Origin: Paludibacter sp.
GTDB lineage: Bacteria > Bacteroidota > Bacteroidia > Bacteroidales > Paludibacteraceae
Direction of reading: 5' to 3'
Assembly (NCBI GenBank): GCA_024710005.1
Contig: JANJVQ010000018.1
Coordinates: 82,764 to 146,763 of the forward strand
DNA length: 64,000 nucleotides
Part shown: positions 1 to 10,700 of the stretch, one piece after another
Layout of the letters: each line of letters begins with the position of its first letter
Numbering within the stretch: position 1 is the stretch's first letter
Position numbers and translations under genes: made by a program
Notes under the pieces: model-generated
Databases searched by the model: none
Seen by the model: the letters and a program-made list of their open reading frames with translations, nothing else
What the model was told of the DNA's origin: nothing

Positions 1-85
1 GCATTACAGCCTGTTGCGCCGCAATAACGGCGGGCAACAGGACTGTAGCTGATAAAATGCTATGTTGTTGAATGTGTTTTTTCAT
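1..85 (-). CDS. 5' fragment of an exported protein running off the left edge (probably the next PUL gene)
   Basis: ATG at 85 after an AT-rich leader; reads MKKHIQQHSILSATVLLPAVIAAQQAVM..., signal-peptide-like, open to position 1. Not in the ORF track. Confidence 0.6.
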   Translation of the reverse strand, partial: MKKHIQQHSILSATVLLPAVIAAQQAVM

Positions 86-168
86 GTAAATATTTTCGTA
101 TTAATATTTGGTCTCTATCAGCATATTAGAGGTTAACAGAAAAATGTGAGTGAATTCACTCCGTGCAA

Positions 169-1977
169 TTATTCATGGATTACATTGATAACCTCCTGAT
201 TGATTTTCTTCACCTTTTCAGGAATCAGTTTAACCACTTTCCTGTCGTAAGTCATCAAACCATTGATTTCACCTTCCACATCAGTGGTTTGTGTATAAAC
301 CGCACCTGAGAAACCACGTTTCACAAAGTCTTTCAGGTGATTCGCATATTTAATATACTCATTCGTAACTTCTTCCGAATTTTTGAACTGCACATATCCC
401 CAGTTGCGGTCGGTACGCCACAGGTGACCTTCAAGCGCCAACCCGATACCACCATATTCTCCGAGTACATTCACCCGTTTGGTATCGTACAGGTTCATTG
501 CCGGTCCGGGATAATGGTGCAAGTCCAGGATGTCACCGGTATGATAATGGTTTCCGCCACTGGCTGAGTTCACGAGGCGAGAAGGGTCATAATTCTTAGT
601 CCACTCGGTGATTTCTACTGTTTTAAACTGCCCCCAGGCCTCGTTGAAAGGTACCCAGACAGCAATCGAAGGATAGGGTCTGAATGCATCGATAATTTCT
701 TTCCATTCTTTGCGGAAATTAGCTTCCGACTCAGCAGAACGAACATTTTCTTTTCCATCGAAATAATTATTCATTTCCCAATGGGGTGAACGGTCACCAT
801 TCGGCATATCCTGCCATACAATCACACCCAGGCGGTCGCAATGGGTATACCAGCGTGCCGGTTCTACTTTCACGTGCTTACGGATCATGTTAAACCCGAA
901 TTCTTTGGTTTTGATGATATCGTAAACCAATGCTTCATCGGTAGGTGCTGTATATAAACCATCAGGCCACCATCCCTGATCAAGCGGTCCGAAATGGAAG
1001 TAGTTTTTATTGTTCAACTGAAAACGCATGATGCCGTTTTTATCGCGGGCAGCCGAGAATTTACGCATGGCGGTATAGCTTTTCGCTTTATCAACCACTT
1101 TGCCGTTTGCCAGCAAACTGATTTCCAAATCATATAAGAAGGGTGATTCGGGCGACCAGAGTTTAGCATCAGGTATGGCAATTTCGATAGACTGAGAAGC
1201 AACTGCTTTTGAGACAGCAATCACCTTTTGACCATCAAGCACTTTAACTTCTATAACATCAGCCGCTTTTGTGTTAGCCGTTGCAACATCTACTTTCACA
1301 AAACCTTTATCGATATCAGGAACCGTGTTTACATACGTAATATGCTTTTCGTTCACCGGTTCCAGCCATACGGTTTGCCAAATACCCGTTACGGGAGTAT
1401 ACCAGATCCCATCGGGTCTCACCACCTGTTTTCCACGGGGTTGATAACCGGTATCTGTGCCGTCCCAAACTTTCACAGTCAGCTTTTGTTCACCTTTTCC
1501 CAAGAAGGCAGTGATATCGAAACAAAAAGGAGTGAAACCGCCGGTATGACTACCAACTTTGATGTCATTCAGATACACATCGGCCTTCCAGTCAACCGCG
1601 CCAAAATGCAGGAGCACATTTTTATTCTTCCAGTTTGAAGGGATGGAAAACGTACGTTTATACCACAGCTCATTATTTTTACCTACCTCTTTCTGTACCC
1701 CTGAAAGGCTCGACTCAACAGCAAAGGGCACCAGAATTTTTCCATCGAAAGTCGCCGGCTCGGATTTTCCGGCAGGCAGGATTGCATAATCCCATAATCC
1801 GTTCAGGTTTTGCCAGTCAGAGCGCTCCAGAATAGGGCGAGGATACTCGGGCAACACTTGCTGCGGGTTTATCTGCTCTGCCCAGGGAGTTTTAATTTTG
1901 TCGCCTGCGGGCTTCCACTGCGAAAACGCATAAGTAACGCAAAAAATCGTTCCGATTACTAAAATTGTCTTTTTCAT
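169..1977 (-). CDS. Glycoside hydrolase family 2, probably periplasmic (beta-galactosidase / beta-galactofuranosidase-like)
   Basis: PEYPRP, NLNGLW, LHFGAVDW, GPLDQGWWPDGLYTAP, RKHVKVEP motifs; intact acid/base WVPFNE and nucleophile LGEYGG. Start moved to MKKTIL (1977), which gives a signal peptide. Confidence 0.9.
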   Translation of the reverse strand: MKKTILVIGTIFCVTYAFSQWKPAGDKIKTPWAEQINPQQVLPEYPRPILERSDWQNLNGLWDYAILPAGKSEPATFDGKILVPFAVESSLSGVQKEVGKNNELWYKRTFSIPSNWKNKNVLLHFGAVDWKADVYLNDIKVGSHTGGFTPFCFDITAFLGKGEQKLTVKVWDGTDTGYQPRGKQVVRPDGIWYTPVTGIWQTVWLEPVNEKHITYVNTVPDIDKGFVKVDVATANTKAADVIEVKVLDGQKVIAVSKAVASQSIEIAIPDAKLWSPESPFLYDLEISLLANGKVVDKAKSYTAMRKFSAARDKNGIMRFQLNNKNYFHFGPLDQGWWPDGLYTAPTDEALVYDIIKTKEFGFNMIRKHVKVEPARWYTHCDRLGVIVWQDMPNGDRSPHWEMNNYFDGKENVRSAESEANFRKEWKEIIDAFRPYPSIAVWVPFNEAWGQFKTVEITEWTKNYDPSRLVNSASGGNHYHTGDILDLHHYPGPAMNLYDTKRVNVLGEYGGIGLALEGHLWRTDRNWGYVQFKNSEEVTNEYIKYANHLKDFVKRGFSGAVYTQTTDVEGEINGLMTYDRKVVKLIPEKVKKINQEVINVIHE

Positions 1978-2065
1978 GAATAAATAATAAAATTGATTTA
2001 TATGTTGTTTAAATGAAATGCTGGCATCTCCCGGAGTCATGCAGAAACAAAAATATAACCTTAGC

Positions 2066-2106
2066 GGTTATCTTTAAGGTTACAAATTGGGTTACAAAGC
2101 AAAAAC
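2066..2106 (-). promoter_or_regulatory. Candidate operator/promoter: GGTTA repeated every 12 bp (2066, 2078, 2090), ending GGTTACAAAGCAAAAAA
   Basis: Near-identical arrangement at 30874-30914; both lie upstream of minus-strand PUL genes. Confidence 0.6.
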
Positions 2107-2143
2107 TTCTTTAATTTTTCTTGTAAGTTGCTACAATGAGGGT

Positions 2144-3316
2144 TTACATCACCACCTTCACCAATTCCTGCAAATCATGCTGATACCTGATTACCGCCAG
2201 GTATAATCCTGAATCCGGCATTATAAAAGAGAACGGTTGCTCCGCTTTACATCCGGCAAGCCGACCATCTATGGTATATAAACTGACATTTTGCACATCT
2301 GTACCTTCCACTTTAAATTGATTCCCGCTGATATAAATTTTTGCGCCGGACGGTTCCGTAACGGTTCTTATAGCCGTATTACTCCCTAAATATGCAGGCT
2401 GATAATCCTGACTTACAGTGAGAATACTCATTCCACGGGGAGGTTTTACAAAATCAACTGATGTAATGTATGTTTCCCTTGGATTGACAGTTGTCTCACT
2501 TTTATGCGCATGAAAAGCCATCTTCAGTTGATCGTCCTTGTCGCGGAACAGGCAATGATGGCCTGAGCCAACTAAACCATTCGGTTTTTGCAATACCGGG
2601 TTCCCATTATATTTTGCCCAACTTCCCTTGATATCCAGGGTAAATGCATAACCGACACCGTAATTGTGACTTTGGTAATGATTGGCAGAATAGGTCAAAT
2701 AATAATAGCCTTCATGTTTAATACAGAAAGGACCTTCGGCTATTTTTCCCCAATCGCTTTCCCACCCGCTGGTATTGGCAGTAAAACAAAGACGCCAGGT
2801 ATTGGCTTTTATCGTTTTATAATCAGATTCAAGTTCGGCCATCCAGATGGCATTTCCATCTGTAAAGCGGACACAAAACAGATAGGCACTTCCATCATCG
2901 TCAATAAAAAGTGAATTGTCGATGGCTTTATCTGCAAACATCGGTTGTTTTACATCCTGCACAAAAGGTCCCAGTGGCGACTGAGATGTTGCTACACAAA
3001 TGTGCTCGTCGGCCGAGTAATACATATAAAACTGACCATTAAGATAATACACCTCAGGCGCCCAGAACCAGCGATCGGCATAGGAATTATTTTTGTGTAA
3101 TGCCAGGCTTGAGGCTTTTGTCCAGAATTGCAGGTCGTCAGAGGTATAAACTACAATTCCGTTTGGATCGGAAGTACCGTAGGCATAATATTGATTATCG
3201 TGATAAAGGATGAAAGGGTCGGCCAAAGGAAGTTTTTGCACTGCCCATGTTAACATGGAATTCAAAAGAAGCAAAAAAAATAAAACCCTTTTCAACATGA
3301 AATAACCCATTTTCAT
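2144..3316 (-). CDS. GH43 glycoside hydrolase with T9SS C-terminal domain
   Basis: LADPF (base), WAPEV, AIDNSLF (modulator), IAEGPF (acid), SGHH; C-terminal YTIDGRL...GLYLAVI sorting-domain pattern. Start may be 3298. Confidence 0.88.
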   Translation of the reverse strand: MKMGYFMLKRVLFFLLLLNSMLTWAVQKLPLADPFILYHDNQYYAYGTSDPNGIVVYTSDDLQFWTKASSLALHKNNSYADRWFWAPEVYYLNGQFYMYYSADEHICVATSQSPLGPFVQDVKQPMFADKAIDNSLFIDDDGSAYLFCVRFTDGNAIWMAELESDYKTIKANTWRLCFTANTSGWESDWGKIAEGPFCIKHEGYYYLTYSANHYQSHNYGVGYAFTLDIKGSWAKYNGNPVLQKPNGLVGSGHHCLFRDKDDQLKMAFHAHKSETTVNPRETYITSVDFVKPPRGMSILTVSQDYQPAYLGSNTAIRTVTEPSGAKIYISGNQFKVEGTDVQNVSLYTIDGRLAGCKAEQPFSFIMPDSGLYLAVIRYQHDLQELVKVVM

Positions 3317-3328
3317 TTAATTAAAAAA

Positions 3329-4018
3329 TTAGAAAGAGAAATAAAGACCCAGATTGAAAAGCAGAGCCACATTCATATTTTCGTATTTTGTACCATAAAT
3401 GGCCGGACCTTTGTCGACAACATAACCTAAACCTACTCCGGCTTGCAAGAGTCTTTTGAGACGCAGGGTGAAAAATGGTCCCACATACGATGCGTAGTGA
3501 TTATCGAATACCCCCTGCTGCCAATAAACCAAAGATAAAAAAGATGAGTTTATTCTATCCTGAAGATGGTAATTAAGTCCAAGACCAAAAGAGCCGGCAG
3601 CAACACCTGTTCCGGCCTGAAACCCGAAACGCTTTCCAAGCCACACTTCAAAATCGAAGCCCACCAGATTACCGCCTCCCATCATAAATCCTGCACTAAA
3701 AGTCGACCTGTAATCTTTATTCGCTATAACTGTTTCGTCCTGTTCTGTTAACAATTCTTCCTCCTCAGGCTTCACCTGCTGAATTTCCGGTATCTTTTCC
3801 TTAGCTATTTTCTCCACATCAGACATTTGGACTACAGATACACTGCCTTCGTTTGTTTCAATTTTCAGCGATTCATTGGGGACTTGCTCCAGTATAATAC
3901 CACGAATAACATTACCGTTTTTGAGGTATACAACATCCTGATAGTTGGCATAATTTATCTGTGCAAACATCACTACCGTAATAAACGTGAATACAAAAAA
4001 AGCTATTATTTTTTTCAT
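3329..4018 (-). CDS. Hypothetical exported / outer-membrane beta-barrel protein
   Basis: Signal peptide, N-terminal DVVYLKNGNVIRGIILEQVP module, Glu-rich linker, amphipathic Gly/aromatic strands ending LGLYFSF. Confidence 0.7.
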   Translation of the reverse strand: MKKIIAFFVFTFITVVMFAQINYANYQDVVYLKNGNVIRGIILEQVPNESLKIETNEGSVSVVQMSDVEKIAKEKIPEIQQVKPEEEELLTEQDETVIANKDYRSTFSAGFMMGGGNLVGFDFEVWLGKRFGFQAGTGVAAGSFGLGLNYHLQDRINSSFLSLVYWQQGVFDNHYASYVGPFFTLRLKRLLQAGVGLGYVVDKGPAIYGTKYENMNVALLFNLGLYFSF

Positions 4019-4110
4019 TTTTTGTATGTTTTTTGATGAAAATAAATCAATTTAAAACAACTCAAATTAAAACAATAAATCCGATTCCGACTGATGGATT
4101 AAACCATATT

Positions 4111-6528
4111 TTATTTCATTTTCCCTTCCAGCATTTTAATAAAATACCCTCCAACAACCGAGCGTGCCTGAAAGCCCCTCTGCTCTGGTTTATCTGTCCA
4201 GTACCAATCAGTCATCGGCACACGGGAAACGGTTTCATTCATAAATTTATGCATCGGAGCAATAAATTGCTCGAATGTGGCTTTATCTTTACTCAAGGTT
4301 GCGGTCCACATGATCCAGTCGGCTTTCGTATATGTTTCGCGATTGTCAAGCGGCAACCCGTATTCATTTTGTTTAGTCAGATAAAACGCAATTTCCTTTT
4401 CAGCAACCTCATCAGGGAATATTCCCATGTGCATCAGCTTATCCCAAACCAGGTTATATTTCTGACTCCAGGAATCTGGCTGATCGAAAGTCAACCGGTA
4501 ATGCGTTCCGGCATCTGCCATTTTCATCCATTCTTTCGCCATTTGTTTTGCGGTTTGCATGTATTTCTCTGCTGCATCATCCTTGTTTAACATCGATGCC
4601 AGATAACCATACGAAGCTATTCCCAAAATGGCTTTTACCGATAAATTGGCATTGTGCGCAAAATGACCTGCAAAATCGTCGGTACACAACTGATTGACCG
4701 GATCCAACCCTTCTTTTACCAAGTAATCGGTCCAGGTAGTGAGCACTTCCCAATGTTTGGCAGCATAGTCGGCATTTCCTTCCATCGCCGCGATGGCAGC
4801 CGTGAGAATCAACATATTGCCCGATTCTTCCACCGGCATATCGCCGCCGTAAGTCTGACCGTTGGCAATCGGGTAAGTTCCTACATCGTGAGCAGCAAAC
4901 GGTTTGGTCCACCTGCCACTTTCACTGTAGTAGAAAATATGGTTCATCAGTCCTTTCACCAGTTCAGTGTTATATAACAGGAACAATGGCGCTGAGGGAT
5001 ACGTAATGTCAACTGTGCCAATAGAGCCATTGCTGAAATTCTCTTTTGACAGGAAAAGTAAATCTCCGTTTGGAGCTTCCACGAGTTTGTGTGCCGCAAT
5101 AGCCTGACGATAAGCCAGCGCACAAAGTTCGGCATATTTAACTCCGCCTGCTTTACGGGCATCCTGCATCAATTTCAAATCAAAATCGTCACATTTCTTC
5201 AATAATGAATTATATTGCTTATGCGCAGTCGCGAAGATATCAAATATATTCTTATCTCCACGACGATTCCAGTACGGACGGAGATTTTCGCCAAAATACT
5301 GAATAGAGTACAAGTCGTCGTAGCCCAGCATGATTTTTCCGGAAGCTTTGCTGGCATTACCTAAATGCTTTGTCAAACACAGCCTCTTATCTTCTACTGT
5401 GTAAGATGCATTTTCTTTTTCAGCCACAAGATAGAAATATCCCCAGTCGATGCGCAAATCATCACCTTTTTTAGCCAGCACCTGCTGTTCAACGCTACCG
5501 GTTTTCAGGTACACCAACCCATCACGTTCAATCACTTCTGAGGTTGATTGCTGATACGGAGTGTTCAGCGCCCAATTGGAAGAAGCTTCGAAATAAATCT
5601 CCACATCGTGTTTTTTACCATCATTCGATTTGGTTTCGTAACTCAGGTAGTTAACCGGTCTGGAAAGCAAATCCAGATCTTCCATCAACAAGGGAGCCGT
5701 AAATGTAATGTTCAAATCAACCGGGCCACAGGTAAAAGCATAACGGGTTTGTGTTGCCTGCACATCCACCGATTGCTGTATGGCTGTTTCTTCAAACTGC
5801 GCAGTGTGTTTTTGTGCCGCCAGGATGCCAAAATCGAGTAACCCGTTGGCTACTGTATTGTTACAATAAGCTGCCAGTACATTTTTGCCTTCCCTGATGG
5901 TTTTCAAGGCTTCATCGGGTATCCTGACAATCGCGTTTTTATTGCAACAGTTGCAACTTTCCATTATTTTTACCCCATTGAGATAAAATTCGGCATCGTC
6001 ATCGTTTGTGAACGTCAAATAAAGTTCTTTTTCTGTTATATCAGCAGGAAATTCGACTATGCGACGCACCCAGATGTATTCTTCCATCCAATCGGTTTTC
6101 GCTGAGGATTCCGTATACTTAGATATTGTTCCGAAAGCGCCTTCACCCGTTTTCCAGGAAGCATCATTGAAATTTTCACCCGTCCAGCCGGCAGCCGGTT
6201 TGGTCGTTGTATATTTTCCTTCCCATTTACCCATTTCAGAGGAAGGAATCAGAATCTCCATATCTGTAATCTCTTTCCCCATAAAACGATAGGGTTTTCC
6301 GTCGACTTTAATCACGCCCAGCAAGGGAAAATCCTTACCTGTCCAGTGTTTGACCGGGGCATCGTACAAATTGTCGATAAATGCCCATGCACTGGTGTAT
6401 GGATCGATTGTTACCAGCGGATAAGCCGGCGGACGAAGGTTGTTTTTAAACTCAGATTGTTGATTGGATGATGTGCAGGATAAGAACAAAAAGAGTCCTG
6501 CCAACATAATAAATGGATAAGATTTCAT
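4111..6528 (-). CDS. 'Glutaminase A-like' DUF4965/DUF5127/DUF1793 lipoprotein, paralogue 1
   Basis: LRPPAYPLVTIDPYTSAW, SKENFSNGSIGTVDITYP, MPVEESGNMLI, QLCTDDFAGH, WSQKYNLVWD, YGLPLD, FQARSVVGG; lipobox LFLSC. Confidence 0.85.
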   Translation of the reverse strand: MKSYPFIMLAGLFLFLSCTSSNQQSEFKNNLRPPAYPLVTIDPYTSAWAFIDNLYDAPVKHWTGKDFPLLGVIKVDGKPYRFMGKEITDMEILIPSSEMGKWEGKYTTTKPAAGWTGENFNDASWKTGEGAFGTISKYTESSAKTDWMEEYIWVRRIVEFPADITEKELYLTFTNDDDAEFYLNGVKIMESCNCCNKNAIVRIPDEALKTIREGKNVLAAYCNNTVANGLLDFGILAAQKHTAQFEETAIQQSVDVQATQTRYAFTCGPVDLNITFTAPLLMEDLDLLSRPVNYLSYETKSNDGKKHDVEIYFEASSNWALNTPYQQSTSEVIERDGLVYLKTGSVEQQVLAKKGDDLRIDWGYFYLVAEKENASYTVEDKRLCLTKHLGNASKASGKIMLGYDDLYSIQYFGENLRPYWNRRGDKNIFDIFATAHKQYNSLLKKCDDFDLKLMQDARKAGGVKYAELCALAYRQAIAAHKLVEAPNGDLLFLSKENFSNGSIGTVDITYPSAPLFLLYNTELVKGLMNHIFYYSESGRWTKPFAAHDVGTYPIANGQTYGGDMPVEESGNMLILTAAIAAMEGNADYAAKHWEVLTTWTDYLVKEGLDPVNQLCTDDFAGHFAHNANLSVKAILGIASYGYLASMLNKDDAAEKYMQTAKQMAKEWMKMADAGTHYRLTFDQPDSWSQKYNLVWDKLMHMGIFPDEVAEKEIAFYLTKQNEYGLPLDNRETYTKADWIMWTATLSKDKATFEQFIAPMHKFMNETVSRVPMTDWYWTDKPEQRGFQARSVVGGYFIKMLEGKMK

Positions 6529-6555
6529 TGAATTTATTGATTATTTCTGCATTAA

Positions 6556-7710
6556 TTATTTACGACTTTTTTTGAAAGGCGGAATCACCTGCATCAGGGC
6601 AGGGATACCACTGGCATCATAGCTTTCGATCTTTTCTATTCCCGGAGCCGGATTGGCGTAATCCTTATAGGTTATATTATTATTTTTCAATCTATTATTC
6701 CAACCCGCATTAATATTGGCACGCAACCAGGGCAGATATTGACGTTGCCCTCCGTCCTCAATCAACCGGATGATGTATTGAGCAAAAATCGCGTGATAAA
6801 TCCCCTGTTCAATTCCATTCTCAAAATGCAGGAATTCGTTTCCACTCATTGCTTTTGTATAATCAGCAGCCAATATCGCGTCGTTGAGATACATTTTATT
6901 GCCGGTTGCTTTGTAAAGCATCACCGCAGCTCCGATACAGGTTGCCTGATTATAAACATGCATTTTCCAGGCCGGATTTCCCGATCCGTGGCGCGAATCG
7001 GCTACTCGCCCGGCTTCTTTATCAAACAGGTTGGCACGGGCCCAGGCATATATTTCCCGGCCTTTTTTGAAATATGTCGAGTCGCCGGTAGCTTCAAACA
7101 GCGTCATTGCCCCAATGACGGTCGGATAATTGATACAGGCCATTTTCCCCATCGAAGCGGTGGGACTTCCCTCCGGATGTTGCTGGTTCCATGCCCAGTA
7201 CATCCCCCCACGCACAGGGTCGTAGCTCCCGTTATCTTTCAATACTTTTGATCCCGACCATACCCGTTCGAAACCGGTTTCCGATAACCTGAGCCATTCT
7301 GTCTCGCCTGTAATCAAATACGTTCTTCCCAGGGTGATTACCCACCACATGATATCGTCGTAAATAAACCAGACTTTACCATTGTCCCAGTTATACTGAT
7401 CATAATATCTCCGGTTACCTTCGAGCAGGGTTCTGAACAACAAACTGTCTTTCTCGCTTCGTGTCCGCAGATAGGCGTTTTGAGCGACATCGGCAAAAAT
7501 GGCCTGTGTCCAGATTGCGGCGACTTTCCCTCTTTGGGTTGATTTCTCATAATATATACCCAACGAAGGCGAAAGAAACTGTTGATTGAAAGCATCGTAT
7601 GCCTGATCTATATCTGCACGGGTATATGAAGATGTGTTTTTCCCGGCTAATGAGCTACAAACGGTCAAAAACAAGAAACACAAGGTAAGGGATGTGATCG
7701 CTCCTTTCAT
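6556..7710 (-). CDS. GH76 family (alpha-1,6-mannanase-like) glycoside hydrolase
   Basis: Catalytic YDDIMWW motif, GGMYW, KMACINYP, YNQATCIGAA; start moved to MKGAIT (7710), which gives a signal peptide. Confidence 0.85.
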   Translation of the reverse strand: MKGAITSLTLCFLFLTVCSSLAGKNTSSYTRADIDQAYDAFNQQFLSPSLGIYYEKSTQRGKVAAIWTQAIFADVAQNAYLRTRSEKDSLLFRTLLEGNRRYYDQYNWDNGKVWFIYDDIMWWVITLGRTYLITGETEWLRLSETGFERVWSGSKVLKDNGSYDPVRGGMYWAWNQQHPEGSPTASMGKMACINYPTVIGAMTLFEATGDSTYFKKGREIYAWARANLFDKEAGRVADSRHGSGNPAWKMHVYNQATCIGAAVMLYKATGNKMYLNDAILAADYTKAMSGNEFLHFENGIEQGIYHAIFAQYIIRLIEDGGQRQYLPWLRANINAGWNNRLKNNNITYKDYANPAPGIEKIESYDASGIPALMQVIPPFKKSRK

Positions 7711-7738
7711 GCTAAAAATTGATATTGGTTTATTAGTT

Positions 7739-7766
7739 CCCTGCTTTCCGATCAAAGAAAGCAGGG
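7739..7766 (-). other. Conserved 3' stem-loop (10-bp stem, 8-nt loop), copy 1
   Basis: CCCTGCTTTC-CGATCAAA-GAAAGCAGGG just downstream of the 1017-aa gene; second copy at 14724-14751. Confidence 0.7.
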
Positions 7767-7780
7767 TTATATACACATTG

Positions 7781-10700
7781 TTATTTCTTCAATATTCTTG
7801 CTGTTTGTCCATCAACTCTTATAATGTATGTTCCAGCTGGCAATACCGAAAGATCTATTTCAGTTTTGCTTCCTTTGATATCGTAAAGACCTGTACGAAC
7901 ACCCAATACATTGTAAACTTCAATCATTTTGTCGGTTGACTGAATATTGTCAATGGTGAGTAATCCATCAGTAACAGGATTTGGATACAGGTTCAATGAT
8001 TCTTTCCTGACATCATTCACATTGGTAGCTATTTCCCATTTTGCCCAGAATTCTTTATCTCCTGTGCTTCCCTGAGGAACAGATGTGATTGGAGTTCCGG
8101 TAAGTTCGCTGTTATCGTACCAACCCACAAAGTTAAATCCTTCCTTCGTTGGGAGAGGTAATACAATCGCCTCACTTTCTACAGTATAGGTGCTATCTGT
8201 AATACCGATGCCACCATCCAGATTGAAGGTAATAGTATACTCTTCGTTCCATTTTGCATAAAGAACAAGATCATTAGTTACCGGAGTATTAAAGTCATAA
8301 GCAGTGGTTAGCACCAAATTAGCATACCATCCTGCAAATTGATAACCGTTTTTTGTCGGATTAACCGGTTCTGTAACTGTACCATCCACTACCTGTGAAG
8401 CAACAGCAGAACCACCATTGGAATTGAATACTGCTGTATGAATGTAGGAACCTGTGTTATCTACTTTGATGTATTCCACTTCCACATCTGTACTTGAAGC
8501 TCCGGTAGATTTACCAAATGCTAAATAAGCATTGCCGTCTGATTCAGGCGCAGGAACGTAAACATCTTCTTCGAACAAGAACAAGTCGTCCAGATAGAAA
8601 TTAAACCAACCAGTGAATTTTGTAAACAGTCTCAACGTGCGGTTACTTGCCGTAGTAGAGAATGTTATCGACTGACGTGTCCAATTGATATATTTTGTCG
8701 AAAGTTCTTCTTCCCATAAGAGTTTATCACCATTGGCCACGGCTATCCTTCCTCTGTCTCCATAGTTGGAAGTTTTCAACCAAAAAACAAAAGTATATGT
8801 TTTGTTTGGCTCCAGTTCTTTTTTGAAGTCCAGATTTGTCCTGTATGCATTAGGCAACACGTCGTTAGCTAATCCTTCGAAAGCCTGTGCTTTACCATAA
8901 TCATCCAAATAAGAGAAGCGAAGCGCTTTGCTGCCGCTATGCGCCCATATAAGTCCGGTATCAGTGATTTTTTGTTTATCCTGAAGTCTTACATAACTTC
9001 CCCACATCTCGCTATATTTCACGGGATAGTTATCGTCGTCACCACTATACTCTGATGCCAGGGCCCAGGTATATGGTTGTCCATCGTTACCTAAGTTAAC
9101 ATCTTCGAAATCACCATTGGCTATTAAGTTGGTTTTTCCCTGAATCTGCGTATCAACCAGTGTAGTTTCCGCCATTTCATACAATACTAAATCATCAAAG
9201 AAAATATTCATCCAGCCTCCATGGGTATCTGACGTGCTATAAAGGTGCAATGTTTTATTTGCTTCGGAAGTGGTAAACACCAAATCACAGTTTGCCCACA
9301 CATTGTTTCTTCCTCCTAATTGATGTCCCCATATAATCTGATCTCCAATTTTCACTCTAATCCAACCATAGTCATTCCAATGCGGATTACGATGCCAGAA
9401 GTTAAAACGGTATGTTTTACCGGCTTCCAGTTCCTTCGTAAAATCAAAATTATTAGCTCCATTACCTAAAGTAGAAAATCGCAGAGACGATGTACCACTA
9501 CGTGCCCATTGTCCACCTAACTGGTCATCAGGCTTATCGTTCTTTTGAATACGCACATTTCCGTTCCAAAGAGGGTTAAGTGCAACCGGCTCATTGTTAT
9601 TTGCATCTGCTTCATTACTTAATGCCCAGATGTATTCCGAACCATCATGATTGATTGTATGATCTTCAAATCCACCATTTTGAATGAGATTTACGTAACC
9701 TTCGTGCAAAACAACTTCAGGAAAACCTGCTGTTGGATTAGGAGTAGCTCCTACTGTATTAGTTACTTTTTCACGGAAAGTAAAATTATCGAATGAAGAT
9801 GTTACACTTCTCTTATTACCATCGCGTTCCCATGAAGGAAATTCAAAACGGATTGTTTTCGCATCAGCAGGAGTTGTTATGGATTGATTATGTACCTGCC
9901 AAACACGATCATTGACACTTGCAAACATCGGACGACGTGCTTCGTCACGACCGTCTTCATTAATGCCTTTAAGACCTATACATCCTTTATTAAAGTCATA
10001 AAATGCACCCATATCACGCCAGGCCCAGGGCTCATTGGCAGTTCTTCTGCGGGTAATAGAAATATCATAATCTGTATTTGGTTTTACCGGAATTTCGCGG
10101 GTATGAGCACCTTCGATGTTACTATAACCGTTAGTGACCTTACCATCACTATTCATTTCCAACGCAAAATTACCATAACGTTTTAGTTTGGGATCAGTTA
10201 CCCTTGATAAAATACCATTGCTTGCAAAATCGGGATAGTCAGCATCTTCAAAACCACCGTTCTCGATGATGTTATCGAACTGGAAAGTCGTAAGCGGAAA
10301 AGTTCCCAAAAGGACATTGTCGCGATAAACAGCTGCCACACCCAGCGGAGAGCAGGCAATACGGAAGATGTGAAAACCGTCTCCGTTGGTAATATCAGAA
10401 GCCAATACCTTAGTAGCAGCAAAAGGATTTGTCTGCTCTGTTACAGCATTGTTCAGGATACCGATACGGAAGCCTTTCCCCGTTTTATCATATCCCTGGA
10501 TATTAAATGCTCCGGTTTTGTCGGCAACCGTAATTTTGGCTTTAATTTCGAGGGTAAAACCTGTATTCAAATTAAAATCCAAATCCGATTTAATCCATTT
10601 CCGCTCCGAAAACTGATTGACAGCATTCGTCGAAGTCAGTTTCAGCACACCACTTTCAACAGTGGCTGTTGTTGGAGCAGCAAGGTCGTTGACAGTAGCA

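Noticed and set aside
148-161. Perfect 14-bp palindrome GAGTGAATTCACTC downstream of the first GH2
   Set aside because: Single copy, short stem, no U-tract; cannot be told from chance.
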